From the NCBI GenBank assembly GCA_964619725.1, contig CAZUFC010000017.1, positions 1 through 64,000 of the forward strand: a DNA stretch of 64,000 nt, written 5' to 3'. The notes under the pieces are model-generated. The model searched no databases. It was not told the origin of the DNA and saw only the letters and a program-made list of their open reading frames with translations. This stretch comes from an uncultured bacterium (GTDB taxonomy: Bacteria; CSSED10-310; CAZUFC01). A program made the translations under genes and the position numbers. Below are positions 50,265-59,693 of this stretch, piece after piece (the first letter of the stretch is position 1; every line of letters starts with the position of its first letter).

Positions 50265-51977
50265 TCAGTCTCCGTTCCCATTTATCGGCGTCAACCGTCT
50301 CAGGTATTCCTCTATCAGCCGATTTTGTTCTGCCTGTTGCAATTCCAGTTCTTCTATTCTTTTCTCCTGTTTCTTAACGATCTTAGTCAGAACGGCTATT
50401 ATATTCATTGTGCTTATGCTTTTTCCATCCGGACCTACGATAGATTCTGGAGATTCTTCCGCAATGAATCCCAGCATTTCCTCCGCCTTAGCCTTACTCT
50501 TTTTGTATCTAACGGGATTCAACCCGGCTAGAGCATTCCTGGCATCTTGAATATCCAGAATACGGATTTCCGTCATATCGCCAAGCGCAGCATGCTGATG
50601 ATAATTGTCAGCTATAACGTTACCGTTTACATCCAAGGCTTCTCCCGGGCTGTTTGTCCTGATTCCCACCGAACCATCTTTCGTAAAGTACATGACGTCG
50701 GTTCTTTCCGTGTAATCATGAAAAAGTTCCAAGTCCTGGGAATTCGGCGGAACCCTCATAACCCAGATAGTCGGGTCCGTTAAATACATCAACCTGTACC
50801 AAAGAAGTTCGGATGTCGCTGCATCGCCTCGCGCAGACATATAAAAACGGGCTCTATCGTTGCTCTGAGCGATAACGTCTGCGGTTCCGGAAGTATTCTC
50901 CATAAAGACCATCTTTCCGTAATAATTCTCAGCCCTGGCATCCCCGTTCACATGGAGAAGAGTTCCCGGGTCGTTCGTACCTATACCCAATCTGTTATTG
51001 GTATTATTGTAATACAGTTCAGCTCCCGCAGCATTGCCGTCGTTGTTGTAAATCAGTTGCATATTTGATCCTGCGACTGGTCCAGCAGGGCCATTAGGAC
51101 CTGAAGGCCCGCGCTCACCCTGAGGGCCGGAAACGCCCTGAGGGCCGCTGGGCCCCTTTGATCCCTGAGGTCCCGAAGGTCCTGGTTCGCCCTGATTGCC
51201 GGGCTCTCCCTGCGGGCCGCTTGGTCCCCGAATTCCCTGGTTGCCTGAAGGACCGGTCGGTCCCCGGTCGCCTGCTTCGCCCTGCGGACCTGTCGGGCCT
51301 GTGGGGCCAACTGCTCCGGTATCTCCCGGCGGACCCGCCGGACCGCTGGGGCCTCGATCCCCCTGAACGCCGACAGGACCTGAAGGGCCGGTAGGGCCCT
51401 GTATACCAGCTTCACCTGCCGGACCCGAAGGTCCTGAAGGTCCCTGGTCGCCGATATCTCCCTGCGGGCCTGTCGGTCCCGTCAAACCGGAAGAAGGGCC
51501 GACCCATTCGCCATATTCGTTAATGACCTCCCCTTTTTCATATCCCGGTATACTGACCGTTCTTGGATTTATGTCCGCCTCATATACATCCTCAGCCTGT
51601 AATGCCCTGCCTACGCCTGTCAATAGCTGCCTCGGCATCAGTGTCTCCGCCCCGCTCACTCCGTCGTCAATCTCTATTTCCAACCAGTAGGCCTCATTAA
51701 AATGCATCTCCGAAGGAAATTCCAGGATAGACCCCATTTCTACATGAAAAATCCCACCTTCTGTCGAAACTCCCGGATGAACCTCCATCCAAAGCGGCGT
51801 ACCGCCGGTTTCCTCGTCATAAATCCTGAAACTGAATGCAAAAATTCCCTCCAAGGGCTCACCCGTCGACGGATGCGTTATCTGACCCTGATAATTGATT
51901 GTCCTCGGGCCTTCAGCTCCTGCCGTGACTGAAAATATTACGAAAATCATGATCACTGCATATCTTATCCGTTCCAT
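50265..51977 (-). CDS. Exported collagen-like protein with C-terminal S74-like chaperone and coiled coil
   Basis: Signal peptide, INYQG domain, 46 contiguous GXY triplets, GIGT..P...LHVNG repeats, LNPVRY..GFIAEE, coiled-coil tail. Confidence 0.85.
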   Translation of the reverse strand: MERIRYAVIMIFVIFSVTAGAEGPRTINYQGQITHPSTGEPLEGIFAFSFRIYDEETGGTPLWMEVHPGVSTEGGIFHVEMGSILEFPSEMHFNEAYWLEIEIDDGVSGAETLMPRQLLTGVGRALQAEDVYEADINPRTVSIPGYEKGEVINEYGEWVGPSSGLTGPTGPQGDIGDQGPSGPSGPAGEAGIQGPTGPSGPVGVQGDRGPSGPAGPPGDTGAVGPTGPTGPQGEAGDRGPTGPSGNQGIRGPSGPQGEPGNQGEPGPSGPQGSKGPSGPQGVSGPQGERGPSGPNGPAGPVAGSNMQLIYNNDGNAAGAELYYNNTNNRLGIGTNDPGTLLHVNGDARAENYYGKMVFMENTSGTADVIAQSNDRARFYMSARGDAATSELLWYRLMYLTDPTIWVMRVPPNSQDLELFHDYTERTDVMYFTKDGSVGIRTNSPGEALDVNGNVIADNYHQHAALGDMTEIRILDIQDARNALAGLNPVRYKKSKAKAEEMLGFIAEESPESIVGPDGKSISTMNIIAVLTKIVKKQEKRIEELELQQAEQNRLIEEYLRRLTPINGNGD

Positions 51978-52409
51978 TCTTCCTTCTCCCCGCTGTTTGC
52001 ATAATCGTTTTAAATCTCCGAATTTTATTGTACCGTCGCTCACTTGCTCCTCGAATAATAAAACAAAATTCCTTCCTATTTCACGAAAACCTCACATCTT
52101 CAATCAATTGTTATTATTCCAGCCTCCTTTGTTGAGGTTTCAAACTGTCGTCAATCACTTACAGTTATAAAGAGAAAAATAGTAAAAGCAAGAAATAGTC
52201 GATCAAACTGTCTGAATATTTTAAATCGCAACGTGCACAGTACAACCCGCATTCCGATATTCTTTATGCTTCGATATCGACTCCCTTCTCCTTATTTTGA
52301 AGCGCACCTTCGGTTCTTCACTTATTCATAAAATATTTTCTGAAACCCATCAATGCAAAAGTGAATCCTAATAATGAGGCCATTGGGGTCTGAAGCGAGG
52401 GGACGTAAT

Positions 52410-52646
52410 ATGAGAGAGTGCATCATTGTTCAAAAATTTACGGAATATTATGACGGAGAAATAAATGAAAGGGATCGGCAAATGATCGAAAATCAATTGA
52501 GCGTCTGTCCCAATTGTAAAAAATGTTACGAAGCATACAAAATTGCGGTGGATATTTGCCGACGTCTAAACAAAGAACAAATGCCCCCCTACTTGCATAT
52601 AAAATTAATAAGACGCCTGCGCCTTGAATACGAGAAGAATTATTGA
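52410..52646 (+). CDS. zf-HC2 anti-sigma-like small protein
   Basis: C..., YYDGE, ENQLSVCPNC (Gln replaces His of HxxxCxxC). Confidence 0.65.
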   Translation: MRECIIVQKFTEYYDGEINERDRQMIENQLSVCPNCKKCYEAYKIAVDICRRLNKEQMPPYLHIKLIRRLRLEYEKNY

Positions 52647-52767
52647 GATGAAATAATGATCCGAACATTCAGGTCCGAACCCTTTTCAAGCCGTTCCGTA
52701 TATTCTCATCCGGAACTTAAATCGGAATTGATTATGAATTAAGGAAGTGAATTTGTAAGGAGTGTAA

Positions 52768-53730
52768 ATGAACTCAAAAATTTCAAGGCGTAATTTCCTC
52801 AAAGCAGGGCTGACGATGGCCTGTAGTATCGCTGCTGCCGGTCCCGCGGGAAGGGCTGCAGCAGCGTTTGAAAAAAAGGAGTTGCTTGCAACTTTAATCG
52901 ACGTCCGCAAGTGCATAGGCTGCGAGGCATGTGTTTACGCCTGCCGGGAAGCGAATGCCGGCAAATTTCCGGAACCGGAAAAGCCTTTTCCCAGGATGTA
53001 TCCCGACCGTGTTCCCGTAATGGACTGGTCCGGGAAAAGGGATGTAACCGACAGGCTGACGCCTTACAACTGGCTTTATATTCAAAGGGCGTCCGTAGAA
53101 ATAAACGGAAAAAAAACCGATATCTCACTCCCCAGAAGATGTATGCACTGCGTTAATCCTCCCTGCGTCAGGCTTTGTCCCTGGGGCGCCGCACGACAGT
53201 ACGATGACGGTATATCCGCCATTGATCCGGAATTATGTCTGGGGGGTTCGAAATGTAAAAATGTTTGTCCCTGGGGCATTCCTGAACGGCAGACAGGCGT
53301 CGGACTCTATCTGGATTTTCTGCCCTCACTGGCCGGGAATGGAGTCATGTACAAATGCGACAGATGCGTCGACCGGATCAGAAAAGGAGGAATTCCCGCT
53401 TGCATCGAGGCGTGTCCTGAACATGTTCAGTCCATTGGCCCCCGGGAGGAGATTCTGAGGAAGGCTCATCAGATTGCGGAAGAAATCGATGGATATATTT
53501 ACGGCGAACATGAAAACGGCGGAACGAATACGATATATGTTTCTCCCGTACCGTTCCAGGAGCTCAATGAAGCGATAGACAAAGGTAAAGGAAAACCGCA
53601 TTTGCAGCGCGTCAAAGATAAAATGGCGGCGGGGAATAATCTCGCTAAAGCTATGATAATCGCTCCTGTTGCCGGCGTCGCAGCGGCTTTCGGAAAGTTT
53701 TACCGAACGATGAGGGAGGATGACAAGTGA
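52768..53730 (+). CDS. Tat-exported 4Fe-4S dicluster electron-transfer protein (HybA/NrfC-like)
   Basis: SRRNFLK; CIGCEAC..AC, CMHC.NPPC..CP, C.GGSKC...CP, KCDRC..PAC..ACP. Confidence 0.88.
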   Translation: MNSKISRRNFLKAGLTMACSIAAAGPAGRAAAAFEKKELLATLIDVRKCIGCEACVYACREANAGKFPEPEKPFPRMYPDRVPVMDWSGKRDVTDRLTPYNWLYIQRASVEINGKKTDISLPRRCMHCVNPPCVRLCPWGAARQYDDGISAIDPELCLGGSKCKNVCPWGIPERQTGVGLYLDFLPSLAGNGVMYKCDRCVDRIRKGGIPACIEACPEHVQSIGPREEILRKAHQIAEEIDGYIYGEHENGGTNTIYVSPVPFQELNEAIDKGKGKPHLQRVKDKMAAGNNLAKAMIIAPVAGVAAAFGKFYRTMREDDK

Positions 53731-54212
53731 AGCGGCAGGGCAATCTTTTAAATAACCGCAGCTCCATTTACGTAAAATATATCTATCGCATCGGCCTGCT
53801 GTTCCTTTTCCTGTCGGGGTTCGCTCAAATGCCTATATTCAAAAGATATTATATTGCCGATATGCCAGGGTTGGGGTGGCTGGCCGACTTCTATGCAACT
53901 CATTTTATGCATTACCTTTTTGCCTTTATTCTGATTGCCCTGGCCGCCTATGTGATGACGGACAGATTTCTTCATCGCAGCGATCCAAGCAGAATCACCG
54001 CCTTCGGGTATGTCAAAGGCGCATTGATAACCGGCCTTATCCTGACAGGAGCGCTTCTCGTCGTCAAAAATTTTACCGGCACTCCCTTTTCACCGAACAC
54101 GGTCTTCCTCCTGGACGTATTACATCTCGCTCTGGCAGTCGCCTTGCTTTTTACCGGTTTGCTGAGTCTTGTCCTGCGCAAAAAATGGATTGCCGGACTA
54201 AAGAATGGGTAG
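53727..54212 (+). CDS. 4-TM membrane partner, cytochrome b-like
   Basis: SGFAQMPIFKRYYIAD.PGL.WL; TM His residues; overlaps upstream stop. Confidence 0.65.
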   Translation: MKRQGNLLNNRSSIYVKYIYRIGLLFLFLSGFAQMPIFKRYYIADMPGLGWLADFYATHFMHYLFAFILIALAAYVMTDRFLHRSDPSRITAFGYVKGALITGLILTGALLVVKNFTGTPFSPNTVFLLDVLHLALAVALLFTGLLSLVLRKKWIAGLKNG

Positions 54213-54569
54213 GAGGATGGTCGGAACAGAGAATTCGATGCGGCATCAAGTTAGAAAGCTTGCGAATAAACGTTTCTTTGCATCTGGAGATGTGAAGATT
54301 ATAATCGGGCCCCTGTCGTCTCAGGATCACCGGCGGCGACGAAGCCGCATCGGCTTTTGGAAAAGCGTTTTCGCCGTCCGGTTCATCCCTGGGTCAGGCA
54401 ATAATATCAGCCACGGATAAACACGGATGATTAATAAACGAATCGCTTGACTTGAATTTAACTTTTTCCTTACCGAAATTAATAAGCAAGGCGACGCTTA
54501 TTTCCGTAGCCTTCAATTGATTCAACAATTGCGGTTCATCTTTGGAACGGTGACTTCTATGCTTTTTTG

Positions 54570-54734
54570 GGGACTTATCAAACAGGATTAAACTTTTTCA
54601 AAACGTTTGACAGGTTGTTTCAGGAATCGGACTCGGTATCAGGATCGCAATCGGGGTCGGTATCGAAATCGAAACAAAATGTTCGGATACTCGGAAGAAC
54701 TGTAACCTCAAAAGTCGAATTTTTGATCAATGAC
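54570..54734 (+). repeat. Dispersed repeat copy 3 (MITE-like), longest hexamer tract
   Basis: GGGACTTATCAAA...AATCGG ACTCGG TATCAG GATCGC AATCGG GGTCGG TATCGA AATCGA...TTTTGATCAATGAC. Confidence 0.8.
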
Positions 54735-54784
54735 TCTTTTTCAAAAAGACCGTCCATCCACTGTCCAGCATTTCTCTACATACA

Positions 54785-55006
54785 TCAAACGCAGGGATGC
54801 TTTTTCACATCTCCATGACATTTGCGTATCTGCTCCGGCGTACAATCGCCGGGACGGCCTTTCAAACTCTCGGGATGCTCGCATTCCTGCTTGACGCAAG
54901 GATGCTCCTTAACTTCACCGTGACACTTTCTTATCTGCTCCGGACTGCACTCCTTCACATCCGCTTTCTTAACATCCTCGTTTTGACATTCCTTTTTCCG
55001 ACACAT
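54785..55006 (-). CDS. Small Cys/His-rich tandem-repeat protein (metallothionein-like)
   Basis: Two C-x12-C(S/T)PEQIRKCHG-x4-HPC units; SD AAGGAGG; downstream of ArsR. Confidence 0.75.
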   Translation of the reverse strand: MCRKKECQNEDVKKADVKECSPEQIRKCHGEVKEHPCVKQECEHPESLKGRPGDCTPEQIRKCHGDVKKHPCV

Positions 55007-55042
55007 TTTTTTCCTCCTTTTACTAATGATAAATATTGATCC

Positions 55043-55336
55043 TTAAATTTCCTCTTCACTCTCCAGAAGTTTATTCATTGCGTTTCTCCATTTATCGAGA
55101 GTTTCCCGGTTAATCGCATAATGCACGAAATATCCTCGCTTTTGGGAAACCACCAGGTCTATATCCCTGAGAATCCTCAAATGTTGCGATACGGCTGCAG
55201 GCGATATGTCAAGCTGGGCCGCCAGAGCGTTCACGCAAAGCATCCTCTTTTTCAGAAGCTGAATAATGCGTATACGCTTGTCCGTCGCCAGGGCCTTTAA
55301 TATTCTTTCAAGCTTTTGAACTTCATCCATTTGCAC
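55043..55336 (-). CDS. ArsR/SmtB family transcriptional regulator
   Basis: LKALA...RIRII.LL, LCVNALA, AVSQHLRILR, KRGYFVHY. Confidence 0.92.
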   Translation of the reverse strand: MQMDEVQKLERILKALATDKRIRIIQLLKKRMLCVNALAAQLDISPAAVSQHLRILRDIDLVVSQKRGYFVHYAINRETLDKWRNAMNKLLESEEEI

Positions 55337-55343
55337 CGCATCC

Positions 55344-55390
55344 TTTTAAGCGGCTGCTTAAAAACTAAATTACTTCGACAATCATGTCAA
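55344..55390 (-). promoter_or_regulatory. Promoter and palindromic operator of the arsR operon
   Basis: TTGACA-N17-TAGTTT overlapping palindrome TTTTAAGC-N4-GCTTAAAA (55344-55363). Confidence 0.65.
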
Positions 55391-55497
55391 GTTAATTTGA
55401 GTATTTTTTTACCTTTAAGGGGGGCAAATAAAATCAGCGTCCCCGGTCATAATGTTTTTACATTTTTTATGATCGTCCGGCGTCAGGCAAATGCATT

Positions 55498-56613
55498 TTA
55501 CTGGTAAAGGTTTTTGCGAATAATGCGCTTCAATCCTTGATCGGCATCAATATTACCGGGTTGTTGAGCCAGAACGCGTCGGTAGAAATTTTCAGCCATG
55601 TCGTAATTGCCGGCCTGTTCGAAGGTTCTGGCGATGGCGAGGTCTCTTTTAACGGCATTAGCGACGAGAGGGTTTTTGCTTCGGGAGCGAGCGGCCGGTG
55701 ATGCGTGGCGTGCGCTTTTCAGGAGATAAGCGGCAGCGCCTCCGATGGCGAATCCGCCGACATGTGCCCAGAAGGCGACGCTGGAGAATTCGCCGACGGT
55801 TGAGGAAAGCAGAGCGTTGCTGAGTTCTCTGATGAACCAGAAGAGGAGCGCTGCTTTGGCGGGTATATGGACAACGCCCCAACCGATGAGCAGGAAGAAC
55901 CAGAAGAATTTAATTTTAGCCTGTCTATGGGTGATCATAAAAGCGCCCATGAGGCCGGCGATGGCTCCTGAAGCGCCGACGATGGGTATATCGCTGCCGG
56001 GCGAAACGGCAACCTGGGCCAGTCCGGCGCCGACGCCGAAGAGCAGGTATAGCAGGATGAATTTCGATCTTCCCCAGGCGTCTTCCATGGCGTATCCGGC
56101 GAGCCAGAGAAAAAAGAGGTTTCCGATCAGGTGCAGCCAGCTTCCGTGAAGGAACATGTATGTAATCAGGTCATGGAAGTTGAGTTCTTCCGGAATAAGG
56201 CCGTATTGGTACGAGGGAAAGTTTTTTTTGTATTCATTGATTTCGGCGTTGAATTCGTGCAATGTTCTGATCATATCATCCGGGGCTTCCGTCTCACCTT
56301 TGAGAATTTTATCTTCAAAGGCTCTAAGTTTATCTTCAAGACGTTGGATTTCCTGCACGGTGATCTGACTGCCAGGATCATAGGAATAAGAATCTTCAAA
56401 AACGTTTTTCACTTCCTGAAAATCAGTTTCCAGCATATACTCGAGCAGAATTTTTCTCTTTTCACCGATCAGTTCTTCAAGGTAATAGATTTGGGTCTCT
56501 GTAGGTTTGGATTGTGAGAGGAAAACCAGGAACAGAACGACCATGAGAGTCACAGTAATTATGGGTCTTTTTTTGACTCTCCGATCGTGTCCTATAGGAA
56601 AAAAGAAAAACAT
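55498..56613 (-). CDS. Rhomboid intramembrane serine protease with soluble insert and TPR
   Basis: MFLHGSWLHLIGN, GASGA, WAHVGG. Confidence 0.9.
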   Translation of the reverse strand: MFFFFPIGHDRRVKKRPIITVTLMVVLFLVFLSQSKPTETQIYYLEELIGEKRKILLEYMLETDFQEVKNVFEDSYSYDPGSQITVQEIQRLEDKLRAFEDKILKGETEAPDDMIRTLHEFNAEINEYKKNFPSYQYGLIPEELNFHDLITYMFLHGSWLHLIGNLFFLWLAGYAMEDAWGRSKFILLYLLFGVGAGLAQVAVSPGSDIPIVGASGAIAGLMGAFMITHRQAKIKFFWFFLLIGWGVVHIPAKAALLFWFIRELSNALLSSTVGEFSSVAFWAHVGGFAIGGAAAYLLKSARHASPAARSRSKNPLVANAVKRDLAIARTFEQAGNYDMAENFYRRVLAQQPGNIDADQGLKRIIRKNLYQ

Positions 56614-56616
56614 GGA

Positions 56617-57468
56617 TTAATCCGATCTACCGTAAAGATCGGCATGATAGGAGCTTCTGACGAGGGGTCCTGATTCGACGTGACGGAACCCCATGTTGAG
56701 GGCTTTTTGTTTCAATTCGTCAAATTCATCGGGAGTGACGTATCTGTGGAGCGGCAGATGTTTTTTTGAGGGTTGGAGATATTGACCGAGGGTCAGCATT
56801 CTGCATCCGGTTGAGTGTAAATCCTGGAAAACTTCGAGTATTTCTGAAATGGATTCCCCCATCCCCAGCATAAGTCCGCTTTTGACCTTCAATCCATGGT
56901 TATAAAAAAAACGTAGAACGTTTAAGGAGCGCGAGTAATCGGCTTCCGGTCTGACTATGGGGTAAAGCCGGGGGACGGTTTCCACATTGTGATTAAGGAC
57001 GTCCGGCGGTTCTTCAAGAATGATGCGGAAAGATTCGGTTTTGCCCATGAAATCGGGAATAAGCGTTTCAATGCCGGCATCCGGCAAATGTTTTCTGATC
57101 CGTTTTACGGTTTCAGCGAAATGACGGGCGCCGCCGTCATCCAGGTCGTCTCGGGTGACCGAAGTAACGACGACGTAATTCAGGCCAAGCGCCTCGGCGG
57201 CCAGCGCGGTATTTTCCGGTTCATCAGGGTCCGGCTCCCCGGGGCTTCCTTTGGCAACGTTGCAGAACCGGCAGTTGCGAGTGCACAGGTCGCCCAGGAT
57301 CATAAAAGTTGCGGTTCCGCGATTCCAGCATTCACCGAGATTCGGACAGGCAGCGCTTTCGCAAACGGTGTTAAGTTTATATTTTTTAAGGTTTTTCTTT
57401 ACTTTTGCATAGGACTCTCCGCCTCCCAGTTCAGTTTTCAACCAGTGCGGATGTCGTTTCATTTTCAT
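56617..57468 (-). CDS. lipA: Lipoyl synthase
   Basis: CESAACPNLGEC, CTRNCRFC, TSVTRDDL, GQYLQP, RSSYHA. Confidence 0.97.
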   Translation of the reverse strand: MKMKRHPHWLKTELGGGESYAKVKKNLKKYKLNTVCESAACPNLGECWNRGTATFMILGDLCTRNCRFCNVAKGSPGEPDPDEPENTALAAEALGLNYVVVTSVTRDDLDDGGARHFAETVKRIRKHLPDAGIETLIPDFMGKTESFRIILEEPPDVLNHNVETVPRLYPIVRPEADYSRSLNVLRFFYNHGLKVKSGLMLGMGESISEILEVFQDLHSTGCRMLTLGQYLQPSKKHLPLHRYVTPDEFDELKQKALNMGFRHVESGPLVRSSYHADLYGRSD

Positions 57469-59464
57469 CTTTTATCCTTTCAAATTGGCGGTTAGAGTGA
57501 ACGGGGCAAATTTTGGAGGGAAGGTTATCGATTTTATAGTATACGTTCGCCTTGACGGGACAATTATCCACCGCTATTTGACCGGTATCCCTGCAAATTT
57601 CAACGCGAGCCAGTCCTGGAGGAGCGATGAATTTTTCTTCGGGATGTCGAGCTATAACGGCGCTCATGAAATCCATCCACACAGGCAAAGCGGCCCGGCT
57701 TCCTGATTCTCCCGAGCCGAGTGATTTTTTCTGATCGAAACCGACCCATACACCGCAAGTAAGGGAAGGCGAGAAGCCCATGAACCAGGCATCGGTATAA
57801 TCGTCTGTAGTGCCGGTTTTTCCGGCCAGAGGGTGATTAAGTCTGGCCGCTCTGATGCCGGTTCCTCTTTGAATGACGCTTTCCAGCATGGCTATAAGCT
57901 GAAAGGCTGATTTTTCATCAATGGCCGCCGCTGTTTCGATCTCATTTTTGTATATAACCCGTCCGTCATTATCGATAACTTTTTTAATATAAAAGGGTTT
58001 CGTTCTTAATCCTTTCGCAGCGACGGTCGAATAGGCCCTTGTCATTTCCAGAAGAGAAAATTCGGACGTTCCAAGCGCCAGTGAAAGAAAAGGCTGTATG
58101 TTGCTTTCAATCCCCAATGCTCTCGCCGTTTCAATTACCGAATCTATGCCCAGTTTATCCAGAAGCTTGATTGCCGCTATGTTTATCGACCTGTCGAGCG
58201 CTTCAAGCAGAGTAACAGGCCCGGCATAATCGCTGGAATGGTAATTACGGGGTTCCCAACTGCGTTTCGTATAGGGGTTCTTATACAACACCGGCGCATC
58301 GACGATGATGGTCGACGGCGACATACCCCTTTTCAGCGCCGTCAGAAATATGAAAGGCTTAAACGCCGATCCGACCTGACGATAAGCCTGCACCGCCCGA
58401 TTAAAACGACTCTGCTCAAAATCTACTCCGCCCACCATAGCCTTTATTCCGCCTGTTTTCTGATCGACAGCCACAAGCGCAACCTGCATAGTTTCTTCAC
58501 CCTTCATCTCAGGGTGTCGCTCGTAATACTGCTCCGCTCCCGTCGCCGCAGCAGACTCCGCGGCCTTCTGCATCTCGACGTCCAGAGTCGTATGCACTGT
58601 CATTCCCTTCTTGTATATGGCATCTGAACCGAATTTCTCCTGCAGTATTTTTCTTACTTCTTCAACAAAATATTTCCCGGGTTCTTCTTTTCTTTTGCGG
58701 TTTGCGGTCACTACAGGTTTAAGCAAGGCTTCCCGGGCCGTATCGTTCGATATGAATCCTTTTTCCGCCATCATTTTTAACGCTAAATTTCTGCGATTGA
58801 GCGCCCTTTCAGGATGTTTCAGGGGAGAATATATTTCAGGGGCTTTCAGAAGGGCAGCGATAAGCGCAAATTCTTCCAATCCGCATTCTCTCAATTTTTT
58901 ACCGAAGTAATAACGAGCGGCGGATTCAGCTCCATAATTGCCGTGACCGAAATATATCTGATTAATATAAAGCATCAAAATTTCGTCTTTGGTATATCGT
59001 CGTTCAATCTGTATCGCCAGAAATGCTTCTTTGACTTTCCTGGAAATAGTTTTAGCAGGAGTCAGAAACAGCGTTTTAGCCAATTGCTGGGTGATGGTGC
59101 TGGCGCCCTGTTCCGGAGCGCCTGCCAGGATATCCTTCCAGAGGGCTCGCATTATACCGGGCAAATCAATACCCCAATGATTGTAAAAATCAGCATCCTC
59201 TGCCGCCAGCACAGCCTTTATGAATAATTCCGGGACTTCATGCCGCTCCAGAATAATACGGCGTTCCAGAAAAAACTCTTTCAGCAAAGTTCCGTCATCG
59301 GCAGTAACCCTGGTTATCAGGCTTGGTTTGTAATTTTCCAGTTCTGATACGTCCGGCAGGTAATGAACCTGGTAGGTCACCAATCCGACGCCGCATAGAA
59401 GCCCCAGTCCGACAGCCGTCAATATCAATCCTGCCCATAATTTAATTTTTCTCTTGAAACCCAT
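57431..59464 (-). CDS. mrcA: Penicillin-binding protein 1A (class A PBP)
   Basis: AEDADF..H.G, GASTITQQLAK, GSAFKPF, SIN, KTGT; start placed at ATG 59464 before the TM. Confidence 0.9.
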   Translation of the reverse strand: MGFKRKIKLWAGLILTAVGLGLLCGVGLVTYQVHYLPDVSELENYKPSLITRVTADDGTLLKEFFLERRIILERHEVPELFIKAVLAAEDADFYNHWGIDLPGIMRALWKDILAGAPEQGASTITQQLAKTLFLTPAKTISRKVKEAFLAIQIERRYTKDEILMLYINQIYFGHGNYGAESAARYYFGKKLRECGLEEFALIAALLKAPEIYSPLKHPERALNRRNLALKMMAEKGFISNDTAREALLKPVVTANRKRKEEPGKYFVEEVRKILQEKFGSDAIYKKGMTVHTTLDVEMQKAAESAAATGAEQYYERHPEMKGEETMQVALVAVDQKTGGIKAMVGGVDFEQSRFNRAVQAYRQVGSAFKPFIFLTALKRGMSPSTIIVDAPVLYKNPYTKRSWEPRNYHSSDYAGPVTLLEALDRSINIAAIKLLDKLGIDSVIETARALGIESNIQPFLSLALGTSEFSLLEMTRAYSTVAAKGLRTKPFYIKKVIDNDGRVIYKNEIETAAAIDEKSAFQLIAMLESVIQRGTGIRAARLNHPLAGKTGTTDDYTDAWFMGFSPSLTCGVWVGFDQKKSLGSGESGSRAALPVWMDFMSAVIARHPEEKFIAPPGLARVEICRDTGQIAVDNCPVKANVYYKIDNLPSKICPVHSNRQFERIKDENETTSALVEN

Positions 59465-59693
59465 TGATACGTCCGTATGTTCAGAAAAGACCGAACGACG
59501 GCCTCCCTGACCTTTCATTTTTAACCTATCACATCGGTCGGTTCCGGAAAAGGAAAAGAGGGATTCATGTTGTAACGCAGAGCGCCCTGTGTTATCATAA
59601 ATTCCATCGGCCGTCGGACCGTAACGAAAAAGCGGCTCATCAGAAATCAATGGTCGCTTGACGAGTCGACCTTTCGCCCGGCAGCCTTGCGAT

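Noticed and set aside
54410-54430. CACGGAT tandem (CCACGGATAAACACGGATG)
   Set aside because: Only two short units; too little to support an element
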